A DNA stretch of 38,289 nucleotides from Sulfuritalea sp. (lineage in GTDB: Bacteria > Pseudomonadota > Gammaproteobacteria > Burkholderiales > Rhodocyclaceae), in NCBI GenBank assembly GCA_041648855.1, contig JBAZOF010000001.1, positions 1 to 38,289 of the forward strand, written 5' to 3'. Of this stretch, positions 26,570 through 36,858 are shown piece by piece; the stretch's first letter is position 1, and every line of letters starts with the position of its first letter. A program made the position numbers and the translations under genes. The notes under the pieces are model-generated. The model did not search any database and had not been told where the DNA came from. It worked only from the letters and a program-made list of their open reading frames with translations.

Positions 26570-28177
26570 TCAGTGCTTGCGGCTGGATACGATGCGGATT
26601 GCACCGTGACCGAATACGCCGAGCATGGTCAGGAAGACGATTGCCCAGCCGATGGTGTCCAGCAACTTGTTGTTGTCGCGAACCGGGATGTAGATGCCCT
26701 GAATGCCGGCCAGGCGACCATCCTTGCTGTGGCATTCGACGCAGCCCAGCGCTTTTTCCTTGGGCGCCACCATGTGGGTGATCGGCCAGGACATCTCGGT
26801 CTTGATGAAATCGATCTTGCCCGAGAAGGGATGGCCGGAATCCTTCATGCCGACCGCAATGGCCTTGTCCCAGTCCAGATTCTTCCAGTAGCCGGTGTCG
26901 TCGTTGCCCGCCGTGTGCGGCGTGACGAATGTCTTGTTCACCGGGTCGTAGGGCTGCGAGCCGCGGAACACCTTCATCGGCCAGATCATCGACTTGCCGT
27001 CGGTCGGGCTGCCGCCGAGCTTGTTGATCGGCGTGCGCTGGTCGGTTTTTTCGATCTTGTCGGTGACTAGCGTGTACGTCACCTGGCCGTTGAACCAGAA
27101 GTATTCCGGCTTGACGTTCTCGGCCAGGGTGAAGTCGCCCTTGCGCGATTCGTAGATGATGCGACCCTTGGCGTCCTTCTTGACGATGTGCTTGCCTTCC
27201 GCATCGCGCTGGCCGGCCGTCGACCAGTCCCAGGTCATCTTGGTGGCTATGCCGCCGCGGGCGATGGTCGGGATATGGCAGGTCTGGCAGGCGATCTTGG
27301 TGGCGTGGTGATTCAGCCGCGCTTCCTTCTTGTGCGGTCCGTTGCCATGACAGGCTACGCAGGTCGCCGGATTGCCCTTGTCGGCCTTGCCGCGGATGTG
27401 GGCGCCCTTCTTGTCCTGGGCGGTCGGCGTGTAGCGGCTGCCGGCGACATCATGGCTCGAACTTGTGTGGCAGGTGCCGCAGGTGAAGTCGAGCCCTTCG
27501 GCATCCATGTGCACATCGACATCCTTGGTCGGAGCGGCGAGCGAACTGTCCATGTCGCCATGCTTGACGCCGTCGCCGCCGCCGCCGTTGAAGTGGCAGG
27601 CGCCGCAGGTGTCGCGACTGGTCTTGCCGACCTTCTGGGCGATCTTGGAGAGGTCTATGCCCTTGATGATCTTGCCCGATCCGGGCGGGAACTCCGTATC
27701 CTTGACCACCGGGTTGCCAGCAAAGCCTGGCGGCTTCTTGTAGTTGCCCGAGGTGTCGTGGCAGGCCAGACAATCGACGTTCTCTTCCGACTTGAAATCG
27801 AAGCTGGCGTCCTTCCAGCCGTAGCCGACGTGGCAACTGGTGCAGGAGGCGTAGTTGGAGGCGATGGAAATGCAGAAGTTGTTGACGACGGTCTTCTTGC
27901 CCAGCGTCTGCTTGGTGTCGGGATTAAGGTATTCCCATTTCCAGTGCTTGGTGCGGTGAATCTGGCCGGCGGCTTCGGTGTGGCATGCGAGGCAGGCCTT
28001 GGTTACCTCCGGCCCGGAGTTGAATTGCTTCTGCAACTCCTTGAATTTGGTGTGGTCGGCGGTGGTGGTCAGTTTCAGCGGCTTGGGTTCGGCGGCTTCA
28101 TCAGCCAGAACGGGACCGCCGGCCAGCCAACCGGCGCAACATGCGAGGAGCGCAATTCGGGCGAACACCTGTTTCAT
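26570..28177 (-). CDS. otr: Octaheme c-type cytochrome, tetrathionate reductase (OTR) family
   Basis: Eight CxxCH motifs (CLACH, CTSCH, CLACH, CGACH, CGTCH, CVACH, CQTCH, CVECH), LGK..NNFC before heme 2, GGGGDGVKHGD, WDWS; signal peptide and C-terminal TM helix. Confidence 0.93.
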   Translation of the reverse strand: MKQVFARIALLACCAGWLAGGPVLADEAAEPKPLKLTTTADHTKFKELQKQFNSGPEVTKACLACHTEAAGQIHRTKHWKWEYLNPDTKQTLGKKTVVNNFCISIASNYASCTSCHVGYGWKDASFDFKSEENVDCLACHDTSGNYKKPPGFAGNPVVKDTEFPPGSGKIIKGIDLSKIAQKVGKTSRDTCGACHFNGGGGDGVKHGDMDSSLAAPTKDVDVHMDAEGLDFTCGTCHTSSSHDVAGSRYTPTAQDKKGAHIRGKADKGNPATCVACHGNGPHKKEARLNHHATKIACQTCHIPTIARGGIATKMTWDWSTAGQRDAEGKHIVKKDAKGRIIYESRKGDFTLAENVKPEYFWFNGQVTYTLVTDKIEKTDQRTPINKLGGSPTDGKSMIWPMKVFRGSQPYDPVNKTFVTPHTAGNDDTGYWKNLDWDKAIAVGMKDSGHPFSGKIDFIKTEMSWPITHMVAPKEKALGCVECHSKDGRLAGIQGIYIPVRDNNKLLDTIGWAIVFLTMLGVFGHGAIRIVSSRKH

Positions 28178-28217
28178 GATTCTTCCCCATCTATCAATGC
28201 TCGGATAATCGAATTTA

Positions 28218-28258
28218 ATTATCTGCTGATATACCGATCGGGATTTGATTCAGGTCAA
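28218..28258 (-). promoter_or_regulatory. Putative FNR/DNR-dependent class II promoter of the otr operon
   Basis: TTGAT-TCAG-GTCAA at 28245-28258 (9/10 match) and -10-like GATAAT at 28223-28218; the spacing places the box centre near -41. Confidence 0.7.
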
Positions 28259-30102
28259 TAAAGCTGTGAAATATCCCGCACTGCACCAGTGTCCGCCGAG
28301 GTGGTCATTGCGGCATAGGCCTTCAGCGCCGCCGAGACTTCGCGCTGGCGATTGAGCGGCTTCCACGCTGCCGCACCGCGTGCTTCCATCGCCGCGCGCC
28401 GTGTCGCCAGCGCCGACTTTTCGATCACCAGATGAATGCTCCGGTTGGGAATGTCGATTTCGATGGTGTCGCCTTCCTCCACCAGACCGATAGCACCGCC
28501 GGCGGCGGCCTCCGGCGAGGCGTGGCCGATCGAAAGCCCCGAGGTGCCGCCGGAGAAGCGGCCATCGGTCAGCAGCGCACAGACCTTGCCCATGCCCTTC
28601 GACTTGAGATACGAGGTGGGATACAGCATTTCCTGCATGCCGGGGCCGCCCTTGGGGCCCTCGTAGACCACGATCACGATGTCGCCGGCGACGATCTGGT
28701 CGGCCAGAATTTTCTCGACGGCTTCTTCCTGCGACTGGCAGACGCGGGCGCGACCGGTGAATTTGAGGTTCGAATCATCGACGCCGGCCGTCTTGACCAC
28801 GCAGCCTTTCTCCGCGATGTTGCCGTACAGCACCGCGAGGCCTCCGTCTTTGGAATAAGCGTGTTCCTTGTCGTGAATGCAGCCATTGGCGCGGTCGAGA
28901 TCGAGTGTCGGGTAGCGGCGATTCTGGGAGAACGCGGTTTGCGTCGGCACGCCGCCCGGCGCGGCGCGATAGAACTCATGCACGGCCGGCGCGTGGTTGC
29001 GTTTGACGTCGCAGCAGTCGAGCGCCTCGCCCATGGTTGGGTACAAGACGGTCGGACAGTCGCGGTTGATCAGCCCGGCGCGGTCCAGTTCGCCGAGGAT
29101 GGCCATGATGCCGCCGGCGCGATGGACGTCCTCCATGTGGTACTTCTGCGTCGCCGGGGCCACCTTGGCCAGGCAGGGCACCTTGCGCGACATGCGGTCG
29201 ATGTCGGCCAGGTCGAAGTCGACGCCGGCTTCCTGTGCAGCGGCCAGCAAGTGCAGCACGGTGTTGGTCGACCCGCCCATGGCGATGTCCAGCGCGATCG
29301 CGTTCTCGAAGGCGGCGAAGCTGGCGATGCTGCGCGGCAGGGCCGAGGCGTCGCCGCCTTCGTACCAGCGCCGGCACAGGTCGACGGCGACGCGGCCGGC
29401 CTTGAGGAACAGCATTTCGCGGTCGGCGTGCGTCGCCAGCAGCGAGCCGTTGCCGGGCAAGGACAGGCCGAGCGCCTCGGTCAGGCAGTTCATCGAGTTG
29501 GCGGTGAACATGCCGGAACAGGAGCCGCAGGTCGGGCAGGCCGAGCGCTCCATGCTGGCCACTTCGGCGTCGCTGTTCTTGTCGTCGGCGGATTCGATCA
29601 TGGCGTCGATCAGGTCGACCATGCGGTACTCGCCATGCCACTTGACCTTGCCGGCTTCCATCGGCCCGCCGGAAACGAACACCGTCGGGATGTTGAGGCG
29701 TAGCGATGCCATAAGCATTCCAGGAGTGATCTTGTCGCAATTCGAAATGCAGACCATCGCATCCGCGCAATGGCCGTTGACCATGTACTCGACCGAGTCG
29801 GCGATCAGTTCGCGCGAAGGCAGGCTGTAGAGCATGCCGCCGTGGCCCATGGCGATGCCGTCGTCGATCGCGATGGTGTTGAATTCCTTGGCGACACCGC
29901 CCGCCGCCTCGATCTCGCGCGCCACCAGTTGCCCCATGTCCTTCAGATGGACGTGGCCCGGCACGAACTGGGTGAAGGAATTGACCACGGCGATGATCGG
30001 CTTGCCGAAGTCGCCGTCCTTCATGCCGGTGGCGCGCCACAGCGCGCGGGCGCCGGCCATGTTGCGGCCGTGGGTGGAAGTGCGGGAACGGTAGACTGGC
30101 AT
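28255..30102 (-). CDS. ilvD: Dihydroxy-acid dehydratase
   Basis: [39 protein letters not shown] and TDGRFSG motifs; start at ATG 30102. Confidence 0.98.
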   Translation of the reverse strand: MPVYRSRTSTHGRNMAGARALWRATGMKDGDFGKPIIAVVNSFTQFVPGHVHLKDMGQLVAREIEAAGGVAKEFNTIAIDDGIAMGHGGMLYSLPSRELIADSVEYMVNGHCADAMVCISNCDKITPGMLMASLRLNIPTVFVSGGPMEAGKVKWHGEYRMVDLIDAMIESADDKNSDAEVASMERSACPTCGSCSGMFTANSMNCLTEALGLSLPGNGSLLATHADREMLFLKAGRVAVDLCRRWYEGGDASALPRSIASFAAFENAIALDIAMGGSTNTVLHLLAAAQEAGVDFDLADIDRMSRKVPCLAKVAPATQKYHMEDVHRAGGIMAILGELDRAGLINRDCPTVLYPTMGEALDCCDVKRNHAPAVHEFYRAAPGGVPTQTAFSQNRRYPTLDLDRANGCIHDKEHAYSKDGGLAVLYGNIAEKGCVVKTAGVDDSNLKFTGRARVCQSQEEAVEKILADQIVAGDIVIVVYEGPKGGPGMQEMLYPTSYLKSKGMGKVCALLTDGRFSGGTSGLSIGHASPEAAAGGAIGLVEEGDTIEIDIPNRSIHLVIEKSALATRRAAMEARGAAAWKPLNRQREVSAALKAYAAMTTSADTGAVRDISQLY

Positions 30103-30198
30103 GGGAATTCTCCAACGCGAATGGATGAGAGCGAGTTTGCAATTGTATCGCCGTCTCACCAGCGCCGACTTTTGCCGGACGGTTAGAATCCGGCCACC

Positions 30199-30990
30199 AT
30201 GCTGATCCACCCCCAGTTCGACCCCATCGCCATTTCCGTAGGCCCGCTGGCCGTGCGCTGGTACGGCCTCATGTATCTGGCAGGCTTCATCGCCTTCCTC
30301 TGGCTCGGCAAGCGGCGTGCGGCGGCGCAGCCCTGGCACGGCATGAGCGGGCAGGACGTCGACGATCTGCTGTTCTACGGCGTGCTCGGCGTGGTCCTCG
30401 GCGGCCGCCTGGGTCAGGTGCTGTTCTACGAGCCGGGCTACTACCTTGCGCATCCGCTGGAAATCCTCGCGGTATGGAAGGGCGGCATGGCCTTCCACGG
30501 CGGCATGCTCGGCGTGTTCGTGGCGATGGCGCTGTGGGGCCGTAAAGCCGGCAGGACGTTTTTCCAGGTCACCGACTTCATCGCGCCGCTGGTGCCGCTG
30601 GGCCTGATGGCGGGGCGCATCGGCAATTTCATCAACGGCGAACTGTGGGGGCGGGCGGCCGATCCGGGCTTGCCCTGGGCGATGATTTTCCCGCAGGTCG
30701 ACAGCTTGCCGCGCCACCCGTCGCCGCTGTATCAGGCGGCCGGCGAGGGCCTGCTGCTGTTCGTCATCCTCTGGCTGTTTTCGGCGCGCCAGCGAGCGGT
30801 GGGGGCCGTTTCGGGCATGTTCATGATCGGCTACGGCGTGCTGCGTTTCGTCGCCGAATATTTCCGCGAGCCCGATCATGGCATCTTCGGGCTGTCCTAC
30901 GTGGTCAGCATGGGACAGTGGCTGAGCCTGCCGATGGTCCTGTTCGGACTCTGGTTAATGTTGCGCAAACCGGCCGCCGGGGGCCGTTGA
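30199..30990 (+). CDS. lgt: Prolipoprotein diacylglyceryl transferase
   Basis: [33 protein letters not shown] and RHPSPLY motifs. Confidence 0.97.
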   Translation: MLIHPQFDPIAISVGPLAVRWYGLMYLAGFIAFLWLGKRRAAAQPWHGMSGQDVDDLLFYGVLGVVLGGRLGQVLFYEPGYYLAHPLEILAVWKGGMAFHGGMLGVFVAMALWGRKAGRTFFQVTDFIAPLVPLGLMAGRIGNFINGELWGRAADPGLPWAMIFPQVDSLPRHPSPLYQAAGEGLLLFVILWLFSARQRAVGAVSGMFMIGYGVLRFVAEYFREPDHGIFGLSYVVSMGQWLSLPMVLFGLWLMLRKPAAGGR

Positions 30991-30991
30991 T

Positions 30992-31414
30992 TCAGCGCGT
31001 CCGGTAGGAATAGTGACAGCCGACGCAGCCTTCTGTCAGCTTCGGCAGCAGGGCCAGAGCTTTTTCGCGGTCGCCGCTGCTCGCTGCCTTGGCGAATTCG
31101 CTGGCGGCAACGTGGCCGTCGTTGCCGATGCCGTGCATCGCGGGCGGCATGTGCGGGCCCGGACGCGCATTGAAGGGTTTGTCGCGGTGTTTGCCCTGAG
31201 CGGACTGTCCCAGCGCCTTCTCTGCCAGTTGACCGGCTTCCTTGATCTTGCCGGCGGCCATCAGCGTCAGGACTTCGTTGATGGCGAGCAGGTTGCCGAG
31301 CATTTCCTCGCGCAGCGATTCCTGCGCGGCAGGCGGCAGGGGAGCGAACTGCCGGTGATCCTCGGCCAGTGCCTGGCCCGCCAGGAGTATCGTCACCAAA
31401 ACAAGTTTCTTCAT
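30992..31414 (-). CDS. Periplasmic cytochrome c'-like (class II) protein
   Basis: Signal peptide, helical sequence and a single C-terminal CVGCH..YR motif. Confidence 0.8.
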   Translation of the reverse strand: MKKLVLVTILLAGQALAEDHRQFAPLPPAAQESLREEMLGNLLAINEVLTLMAAGKIKEAGQLAEKALGQSAQGKHRDKPFNARPGPHMPPAMHGIGNDGHVAASEFAKAASSGDREKALALLPKLTEGCVGCHYSYRTR

Positions 31415-31424
31415 TGTGAAGTCC

Positions 31425-32297
31425 TCAGCGAAACACCACGGTCTTGTTGCCGTGGACCAGCACGCGGTCTTCGAGGTGATAGCGCAGGCCTCGCGCCAGC
31501 ACGGTCTTTTCGATGTCCTTGCCGTAGCGCACCATGTCCTCCACCGAATCCGAGTGGTCGATGCGGATCACGTCCTGCTCGATGATCGGGCCCTGGTCTA
31601 GTTCCGCGGTGACGTAGTGGCAGGTGGCGCCGATCAGCTTGACGCCGCGCGTGTAGGCCTGGTGGTAGGGCTTGGCGCCGACGAAGGAAGGCAGGAAGCT
31701 GTGGTGGATGTTGAGGATGCGTCCCGGATAGGCGGCGCACAGATCGGGGGAGAGAATCTGCATGTAGCGCGCCAGCACCATGGTGTCGCCGCGCGCTGCC
31801 TCGAACAGACGCTGCACCTCGGCGTAGGCGGCCGCCTTGTTGTCGGGCGTCACCGGCACGTGATGGAAGGCAATGCCGTGCCATTCGACGAAGCCCCTGA
31901 AGGTGTCGTGATTCGAGATCACGCAGGCGATTTCGATGTCGAGTTCCTTCGATTGCCAGCGCGCCAGCAGGTCGTACAGGCAATGCTCCTGCTGCGAGAC
32001 CAGCACCACGACGCGCTTCTTCACTGCTGAATCATTGATGCGCCAGTCGAGTTGCAACTCGTCGGCCACGGGCTGGAAGCGGCGGCGGAACTCGGCGAGC
32101 TCGAAGGGCAGCGAATCGGCCCTGACTTCGATGCGCATGAAGTAGCGGACGTCACGCATTTCCGTCGCTTCGTCGGCGTGGAAGCTCGATTCGAGAATCC
32201 AGCCCTTGTGCTCGGCGATGAAGCCGGTGACGCGCGCGATGATGCCGACCTGGTCGGGGCAGGAGGCGGTCAGCGTGTAGAAGCGCGCGCGATGCAT
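31425..32297 (-). CDS. purU: Formyltetrahydrofolate deformylase
   Basis: N-terminal ACT domain (CPDQVG), LARYMQIL, NIHHSFLP and GATCHYVT..LDQGPII motifs. Confidence 0.97.
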   Translation of the reverse strand: MHRARFYTLTASCPDQVGIIARVTGFIAEHKGWILESSFHADEATEMRDVRYFMRIEVRADSLPFELAEFRRRFQPVADELQLDWRINDSAVKKRVVVLVSQQEHCLYDLLARWQSKELDIEIACVISNHDTFRGFVEWHGIAFHHVPVTPDNKAAAYAEVQRLFEAARGDTMVLARYMQILSPDLCAAYPGRILNIHHSFLPSFVGAKPYHQAYTRGVKLIGATCHYVTAELDQGPIIEQDVIRIDHSDSVEDMVRYGKDIEKTVLARGLRYHLEDRVLVHGNKTVVFR

Positions 32298-32905
32298 CAG
32301 ATTCTCGTTGAGGCCTTATCGATCTCGCTGCGCAGTTCGGCGTAGTTCATGGTCACCGGAAACTGCGGGAACTCGTCGATCACGTTCTGCGGCGGATGGA
32401 ACAGGATGCCGGCGTGGGCTTCGGCCAGCATGGCCGTGTCGTTGTAGGAATCGCCGCCGGCGATAACCTTGAAGTTCAGTTGCTTGAAGCGCTTGACTGA
32501 CTCCATCTTCTGGTTCGGCATGCGCAGGTGGTAGTTCACCACGAAACCGGCGGCATCCGTTTCCAGCTTGTGACAGAACAGCACCGGCATGTTCAGTTGC
32601 GCCATCAGCGGCATGGCGAACTCGTAAAAGGTGTCGGACAGGATGATGACCTGGTAGTCGCGTCGCAGCGCATCGAGAAAGTCTTTGGCGCCGGCCATCG
32701 GCCCCATGTCCGAAATCACCTTCTGGATATCCGGCAGGCCGAGCTTGTGCTTTTTGAGCAGGTCCAGCCGATACTTCATCAGCTTGTCGTAGTCCGGCTC
32801 ATCGCGCGTGGTGCGTGAGAGTTCCGGGATACCGGTGCGTTTGGAAAACTCGATCCAGATTTCCGGAACGAGCACGCCTTCGAGATCGAGACAGACGAGT
32901 TGCAC
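32297..32905 (-). CDS. thrH: Phosphoserine phosphatase / homoserine phosphotransferase ThrH
   Basis: HAD motif CLDLEGVLVPEIW, ILSDTF and GDSYND; GTG start. Confidence 0.95.
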   Translation of the reverse strand: MQLVCLDLEGVLVPEIWIEFSKRTGIPELSRTTRDEPDYDKLMKYRLDLLKKHKLGLPDIQKVISDMGPMAGAKDFLDALRRDYQVIILSDTFYEFAMPLMAQLNMPVLFCHKLETDAAGFVVNYHLRMPNQKMESVKRFKQLNFKVIAGGDSYNDTAMLAEAHAGILFHPPQNVIDEFPQFPVTMNYAELRSEIDKASTRI

Positions 32906-33059
32906 TGAAATTCTCCAAAAGTCGGCGCTGGCGCGCTCTGCGTACCTGGACTTCCACTTCGTGGGCAGGTAACGGCGACGGGCCGAATGCCGCGAAAGTG
33001 CGCGATTTTACCTATAATCCGCTAACTCGCAGTTCGCGTTGTCTCAAGGTCCCATCGCC

Positions 33060-34313
33060 GTGAAGCTGTTCGCTCTGGGTATCAACCACCATACGGCCCC
33101 GCTGGCAGTACGCGAGCAGGTGGCGTTCAACCCGTTGCAGATGGGGCAGGCTCTGCACGACCTGTTGCGGGCGAAGAGCGTGCGCGAAGCGGCTATCCTG
33201 TCGACCTGCAACCGTACCGAACTGTATTGCGCGACTGAAAATCCGCAGGCTGCTGCGGACTGGCTGGCGGAGTATCACTCCCTGTCGCCGCAGAAGATTC
33301 ATCCCTATCTTTACCAGCATCCGCAGAAGGATGCGGTGCGCCACATGTTCCGCGTTGCGGCCGGGCTGGACTCGATGGTGCTCGGCGAGCCGCAGATCCT
33401 CGGCCAGATGAAACAGGCGGCGCGTGCCGCGGAAGATGCCGGGACGCTGGGTACGCTGCTCGGCAAGCTGTTCCAGCGCACCTTTGCCGTGGCCAAGGAA
33501 GTGCGCTCGACCACCGCGATCGGCGCCAACACGGTTTCCATGGCGGCAGCGGCCGTGCATCTTTCGGCGCGCATTTTCGACAGCCTCGCGGAACAGCAGG
33601 TGCTGTTCATCGGTGCCGGCGAGATGGTCGAGTTGTGCGCGGCGCATTTCGCCGCGCAGAAGCCAAAGCGGCTCACGATCGCCAATCGCACGCTGGAACG
33701 CGGCGCCGACCTGGCGGCGCGCTTCGGCGGCGACGCGATGCGCCTCGACCAGCTTGGCGAGCGTCTCGCGGATTACGACATCGTGGTCTCCTGCACCGCC
33801 AGTTCGCTGCCCATCATCGGCCTCGGCATGGTCGAGCGCGCCCTGAAGGCGCGCCGTCATCGCCCGATGGTGATGGTCGATCTGGCCGTGCCGCGCGACA
33901 TCGAGGCGGAAGTGAACCGGCTGGACGATATCTTTCTCTACACGCTCGACGACCTGGCCCAGATCGTCGAATCCGGGCTTGAATCGCGGCAGGCCGCCGT
34001 GGTCGAGGCCGAGGCGATCATCGACGACCGCGTCTCCGGCTTTCTGCACTGGATGGAATCACGCGAGACGGTGCCGACCATCCGTGCCCTGCGCGACACC
34101 GCCGAACGCGCCCGCCGCCATGAACTGGATCACGCCTTGAAGCTGTTGGCGCGCGGCGACGATCCGGCCAAGGTGCTCGACGCGCTGTCGCACGGGATCA
34201 CCAACAAGCTGCTGCACGCTCCGACCCACGCCCTGAATCAGGCGGAAGGCCCCGAGCGTGCAGAAGTTGCAGAGCTTATCTCCCGCATCTATCGCCTCAA
34301 TTCCGGGGAGTAG
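33060..34313 (+). CDS. hemA: Glutamyl-tRNA reductase
   Basis: [37 protein letters not shown] and DLAVPRD motifs; GTG start at 33060. Confidence 0.97.
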   Translation: MKLFALGINHHTAPLAVREQVAFNPLQMGQALHDLLRAKSVREAAILSTCNRTELYCATENPQAAADWLAEYHSLSPQKIHPYLYQHPQKDAVRHMFRVAAGLDSMVLGEPQILGQMKQAARAAEDAGTLGTLLGKLFQRTFAVAKEVRSTTAIGANTVSMAAAAVHLSARIFDSLAEQQVLFIGAGEMVELCAAHFAAQKPKRLTIANRTLERGADLAARFGGDAMRLDQLGERLADYDIVVSCTASSLPIIGLGMVERALKARRHRPMVMVDLAVPRDIEAEVNRLDDIFLYTLDDLAQIVESGLESRQAAVVEAEAIIDDRVSGFLHWMESRETVPTIRALRDTAERARRHELDHALKLLARGDDPAKVLDALSHGITNKLLHAPTHALNQAEGPERAEVAELISRIYRLNSGE

Positions 34314-36854
34314 GTGCGTGCTTTCGCATCGACTGCCCGGCGCCGTCACGGCGCGCAAGCCCGTCCGCCAGTGAGCAAACTGCCTCTATTCGATTTCACC
34401 GGCTGGACGCTGAACGTCCTGCGCCGGATTCTTTATCTCGTGACGCGGACCCAGGTGTTTCCGGAAACACCCGAGATGCTCAAGCTGCGGCCCGATCTGC
34501 CGGTTTGCTACGTGCTCAACGAACGCCATCTTTCCAATCTGCTGGTGCTCGACCGCGAGTGCCGCGAACTGGGTCTGCCGGCGGCATTGCGGCCCTTGCG
34601 GGATCCTGCATTCACTGCGCGGCGATCGTTCTTTTTTCTTTCGCGCAACGAGCGCGGACGCCTGGTGCCGAACCCGCGCAGCGATCATTCTCAGCTGCTC
34701 AAGTCCCTGGTCAGAACGGCGGTCGCCGATCCCCGTTTCGATGTGCAGCTGGTGCCGGTGACGATACTTTGGGGACGCGAACCGGGGAAGCAGGACTCGA
34801 TCCTGAAGGCACTGTTTGCCGAGACCTGGCAATCGGTCAGCACGCTGCGGCAATTGTTCGCCATCGTGATCCACGGCCGGCACACCGTGGTGCGCTTCAA
34901 CGCGCCGATTTCCCTGCGCGAGCTGTTGAGCGGAAAGACCGACGCGTCCCACGCGGTGCGCAAGCTGGGGCGCATCCTGCGCGTGCACTTCCGGCGCCAG
35001 CGCGAGATGGCGATCGGTCCCGATCTTTCGCATCGCCACACCCAGTTGAGTACCTTGCTCAACACGCCCGAGGTGCGCAAGGCGATCGCCGACGAAGCGG
35101 AGAGCAAGTCGATTTCCCTGCTCGCGGCGCAAAGATCGGCACGGAATTTCGCGCTCGAGATCGCATCGGACTATACCTATTCGGTGGTGCGGGCCTTTGC
35201 CCTGTTTCTGACCTGGGTCTGGAACAAGGTTTATAACGGGGTCGAGGTGCACAACTTCGAGCGCGTCACGGCGGTGGCGCCGGGCCACGGCATCGTCTAT
35301 GTGCCTTGCCACCGCAGTCATGTCGATTACCTGCTGCTGTCCTACATCATCTTCAACCGGGGCCTGATGGTGCCGCACATCGCCGCCGGCGCCAACCTCA
35401 ACTTGCCGCTGGTGGGCTCGATCCTGCGGCGCTCCGGCGCCTTCTTCCTGCGCCGCAAGATCAAGGGCGAGCCGCTTTACGCCACGGTGTTTGTCGAATA
35501 CCTGCACATGATGATCGACCGCGGGTTCCCGATCGAATACTTCATCGAAGGCGGCCGCAGCCGCAGCGGGCGCACGCTGGCGCCGAAGGCCGGCATTCTG
35601 GCGATGACGATACATAGTTTTGTGCGCAGCCGGGCCAGGCCGCTGGTATTCGTTCCCGTGTACATCGGTTACGAGAAACTGATGGAGGGCAGCAGTTACC
35701 TGGCAGAACTCCACGGCCGGCCCAAGAAATCCGAGTCGCTGACCGACCTGCTGAGTGCGGCGCGGCTGCTGAAGCGCAACTTCGGCAAGGTGCATGTGAA
35801 TTTCGGCCCGCCGCTGGCGCTCGCCGAATTCCTCGATGCGCAGCATCCGGCATGGCGGGAAGAGGACTCCGATGCCCAGGCGCCATGGCTGCGCAGCGCC
35901 GTGGACGCCACGGCCACGGTGCTGGCGCGCAGCATCAACGCGATCGCGGTGATCAATCCGGTGAACCTGATCGCCGTGACCCTGTTGTCGACGCCCAAGC
36001 ACGCCGCGGATCTGCGCCTGCTGCAGAGGCAGATCGAGCATGTCCAGTATCTGCTGACCGAAACTCCCTACGCCGAGTCCATCGTGGCCTGCGATCTGCC
36101 GGCCGGCGAGGTAATCGACTACGTGCTCCGGCTCGACATGGTGGAAAGCCATCCGCATCCCCTGGGCGACATGATCCGGGCCACGGAGGAGCAAGCCGCG
36201 CTGCTGGCCTATTTCCGCAACAACGTGCTGCATCTGTTCGCCCTGCCTGCCCTGCTGGCCTGCCTCGTCAGCCACAACCAGGTGCTGACCCGGCAACGGG
36301 CCAAGGAGGCGATCAGGGGCATCTACGGCCTGTTGCGCGCCGAGCTTTTCCTGCCATGGGAAGCTGACCAGCTCGATGCGCTGATCGACCGCACCGAGGC
36401 GGCGCTGTTCCGGCGCGGCCTGATACTCGGCGACAGCCAGATCGCGATACTGCGCGCGCCGTCGCCCAACAGCGAGGCCAGTCCGGAACTGCGGCAGTTG
36501 GGCGAGATCATCCGCCCCACGCTGGAACGGCAATTCCTCACCCTGGCCCTGCTGCAGCATCACGGCAGCGGACAACTGACCCGCGTCGCGCTCGAAGACG
36601 CTACCCACCTGCTGGCACAGCGGCTGGCGATGCTCTACGAATTCAATTCCGCCGAGTTTTCGGAAAAATTGCTGTTCGCCAACGTGATTCGCAACCTGAT
36701 CGATGCCGGCATTTTGCAGGTCGACGATGCCGGGCTGCTGTGCTTCGACGAGCGGATCACAATGGCCGCAGCGCAGACCGAGCTGCTGCTGGCGGCCGAC
36801 GTGCGCCACAGCATTCAGCTCATCGCTCGCGCGGCATCTCCCACAGGCACCTGA
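34314..36854 (+). CDS. plsB: Glycerol-3-phosphate 1-O-acyltransferase PlsB
   Basis: Catalytic HRSHVD, AAGANL, GAFFLRR and FIEGGRSR motifs; start is GTG 34314 or 34371. Confidence 0.93.
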   Translation: MRAFASTARRRHGAQARPPVSKLPLFDFTGWTLNVLRRILYLVTRTQVFPETPEMLKLRPDLPVCYVLNERHLSNLLVLDRECRELGLPAALRPLRDPAFTARRSFFFLSRNERGRLVPNPRSDHSQLLKSLVRTAVADPRFDVQLVPVTILWGREPGKQDSILKALFAETWQSVSTLRQLFAIVIHGRHTVVRFNAPISLRELLSGKTDASHAVRKLGRILRVHFRRQREMAIGPDLSHRHTQLSTLLNTPEVRKAIADEAESKSISLLAAQRSARNFALEIASDYTYSVVRAFALFLTWVWNKVYNGVEVHNFERVTAVAPGHGIVYVPCHRSHVDYLLLSYIIFNRGLMVPHIAAGANLNLPLVGSILRRSGAFFLRRKIKGEPLYATVFVEYLHMMIDRGFPIEYFIEGGRSRSGRTLAPKAGILAMTIHSFVRSRARPLVFVPVYIGYEKLMEGSSYLAELHGRPKKSESLTDLLSAARLLKRNFGKVHVNFGPPLALAEFLDAQHPAWREEDSDAQAPWLRSAVDATATVLARSINAIAVINPVNLIAVTLLSTPKHAADLRLLQRQIEHVQYLLTETPYAESIVACDLPAGEVIDYVLRLDMVESHPHPLGDMIRATEEQAALLAYFRNNVLHLFALPALLACLVSHNQVLTRQRAKEAIRGIYGLLRAELFLPWEADQLDALIDRTEAALFRRGLILGDSQIAILRAPSPNSEASPELRQLGEIIRPTLERQFLTLALLQHHGSGQLTRVALEDATHLLAQRLAMLYEFNSAEFSEKLLFANVIRNLIDAGILQVDDAGLLCFDERITMAAAQTELLLAADVRHSIQLIARAASPTGT

Positions 36855-36858
36855 CTTC

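Noticed and set aside
20824-28177. Sulfur operon as a recently acquired mobile island
   Set aside because: No integrase, transposase, tRNA or flanking direct repeats, and base composition looks like the flanks by eye.
30103-30879. Apparent 259-aa N-terminal extension of ilvD (similar extensions for proC, the rlmL-like gene, livG, livK and prfA in the ORF track)
   Set aside because: The extensions overlap neighbouring real genes or regulatory DNA; family-typical N-termini start at internal codons.
32916-33010. ZTP (pfl) riboswitch upstream of thrH-purU
   Set aside because: The conserved GACUGG and GCCUGGGC elements were not found, so it is kept only as an unnamed structured-leader candidate.
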